The notes below the pieces were generated by a model. It was given only the letters and a program-made list of their open reading frames with translations, did no database searches and had not been told where the DNA came from. DNA of 20,000 nt from Chiloscyllium plagiosum. Taxonomy: Eukaryota. Both the position numbers and the translations under genes were made by a program. This document shows, piece after piece, positions 19,806-20,000 of this stretch (position 1 is its first letter; each line of letters begins with the position of its first letter). The DNA is taken from positions 52,621,802 through 52,641,801 of the forward strand of contig NC_057719.1 of assembly GCF_004010195.1 (NCBI RefSeq), in the 5' to 3' direction.

Positions 19806-20000
19806 AAAATGTGTTGCTGGAAAAGCGCAGCAGGTCAGGCAGCATCCAAGGAAGAGGAGAATCGACGTTTCGGGCATAAGCCCTTCTTCAGGAATGAGGA
19901 AAGTGTGTCCAGCAGGCTAAGATAAAAGGTAGGGAGGAGGGACTTGGGGGAGGGGCTTTGGAAATGTGATAGGTGGAGGGAGGTCAAGGTGAGGGTGATA
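19806..20000 (-). mobile_element. Terminus of a young Penelope-like element, running off the window
   Basis: 'gaaaatgtgttgctggaaaagcgcagcaggtcaggcagcatccaagg...gaatcgacgtttcgggcataagcccttcttcagg' is followed by a G-rich tract. It is homologous to the arms at 10841-11014 and its CpGs are intact. Confidence 0.75.
19860..19895 (-). ncRNA. Minimal type-I hammerhead ribozyme motif
   Basis: The minus strand reads attc-CUGAAGA-A-GGGC-UUAU-GCCC-GAAA-C-GUC-gauu: intact CUGANGA and GAAA boxes, a 4-bp helix II, a palindromic ACGU in place of helix III and a GUC triplet. Helix I is weak. Confidence 0.6.

Noticed and set aside
1..20000. CRISPR array, operon or other prokaryotic system
   Set aside because: No regularly spaced repeats and no dense ORFs; the sequence is vertebrate repeat-rich DNA.
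19928..20000. G-quadruplex-like G-rich tract as an independent regulatory element
   Set aside because: Part of the Penelope-like element body and truncated by the window edge; nothing supports a separate function.

Overview
Eukaryotic, AT-rich, intronic or intergenic DNA, almost certainly from a cartilaginous fish (shark). This is inferred from HE1-type tRNA SINEs, HER1/CR1 LINEs and Penelope-like termini; I cannot name the species. By my boundaries roughly 70% of the window is transposon-derived. It holds at least a dozen CR1 fragments of different ages (several nested), two HE1/V-SINEs, a broken Deu-type SINE and three Penelope-like ends carrying minimal hammerhead-ribozyme motifs. It also holds a decayed Gypsy LTR element with the integrase-before-RT (Gmr1-type) order and a decayed PIF/Harbinger-type Myb/SANT gene that keeps its intron signals. 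No intact host protein-coding gene is recognisable; the listed ORFs are TE fragments, antisense shadows or chance. The main stretch with no recognisable repeat (~6760-8410) looks like a conserved non-coding island, with speculative minus-strand exon signals. Family assignments come from motif recall, not database searches. I see no clearly novel system. The best leads are the hammerhead-bearing Penelope-like ends, the repeat-free island and several insertion-mechanism signatures.
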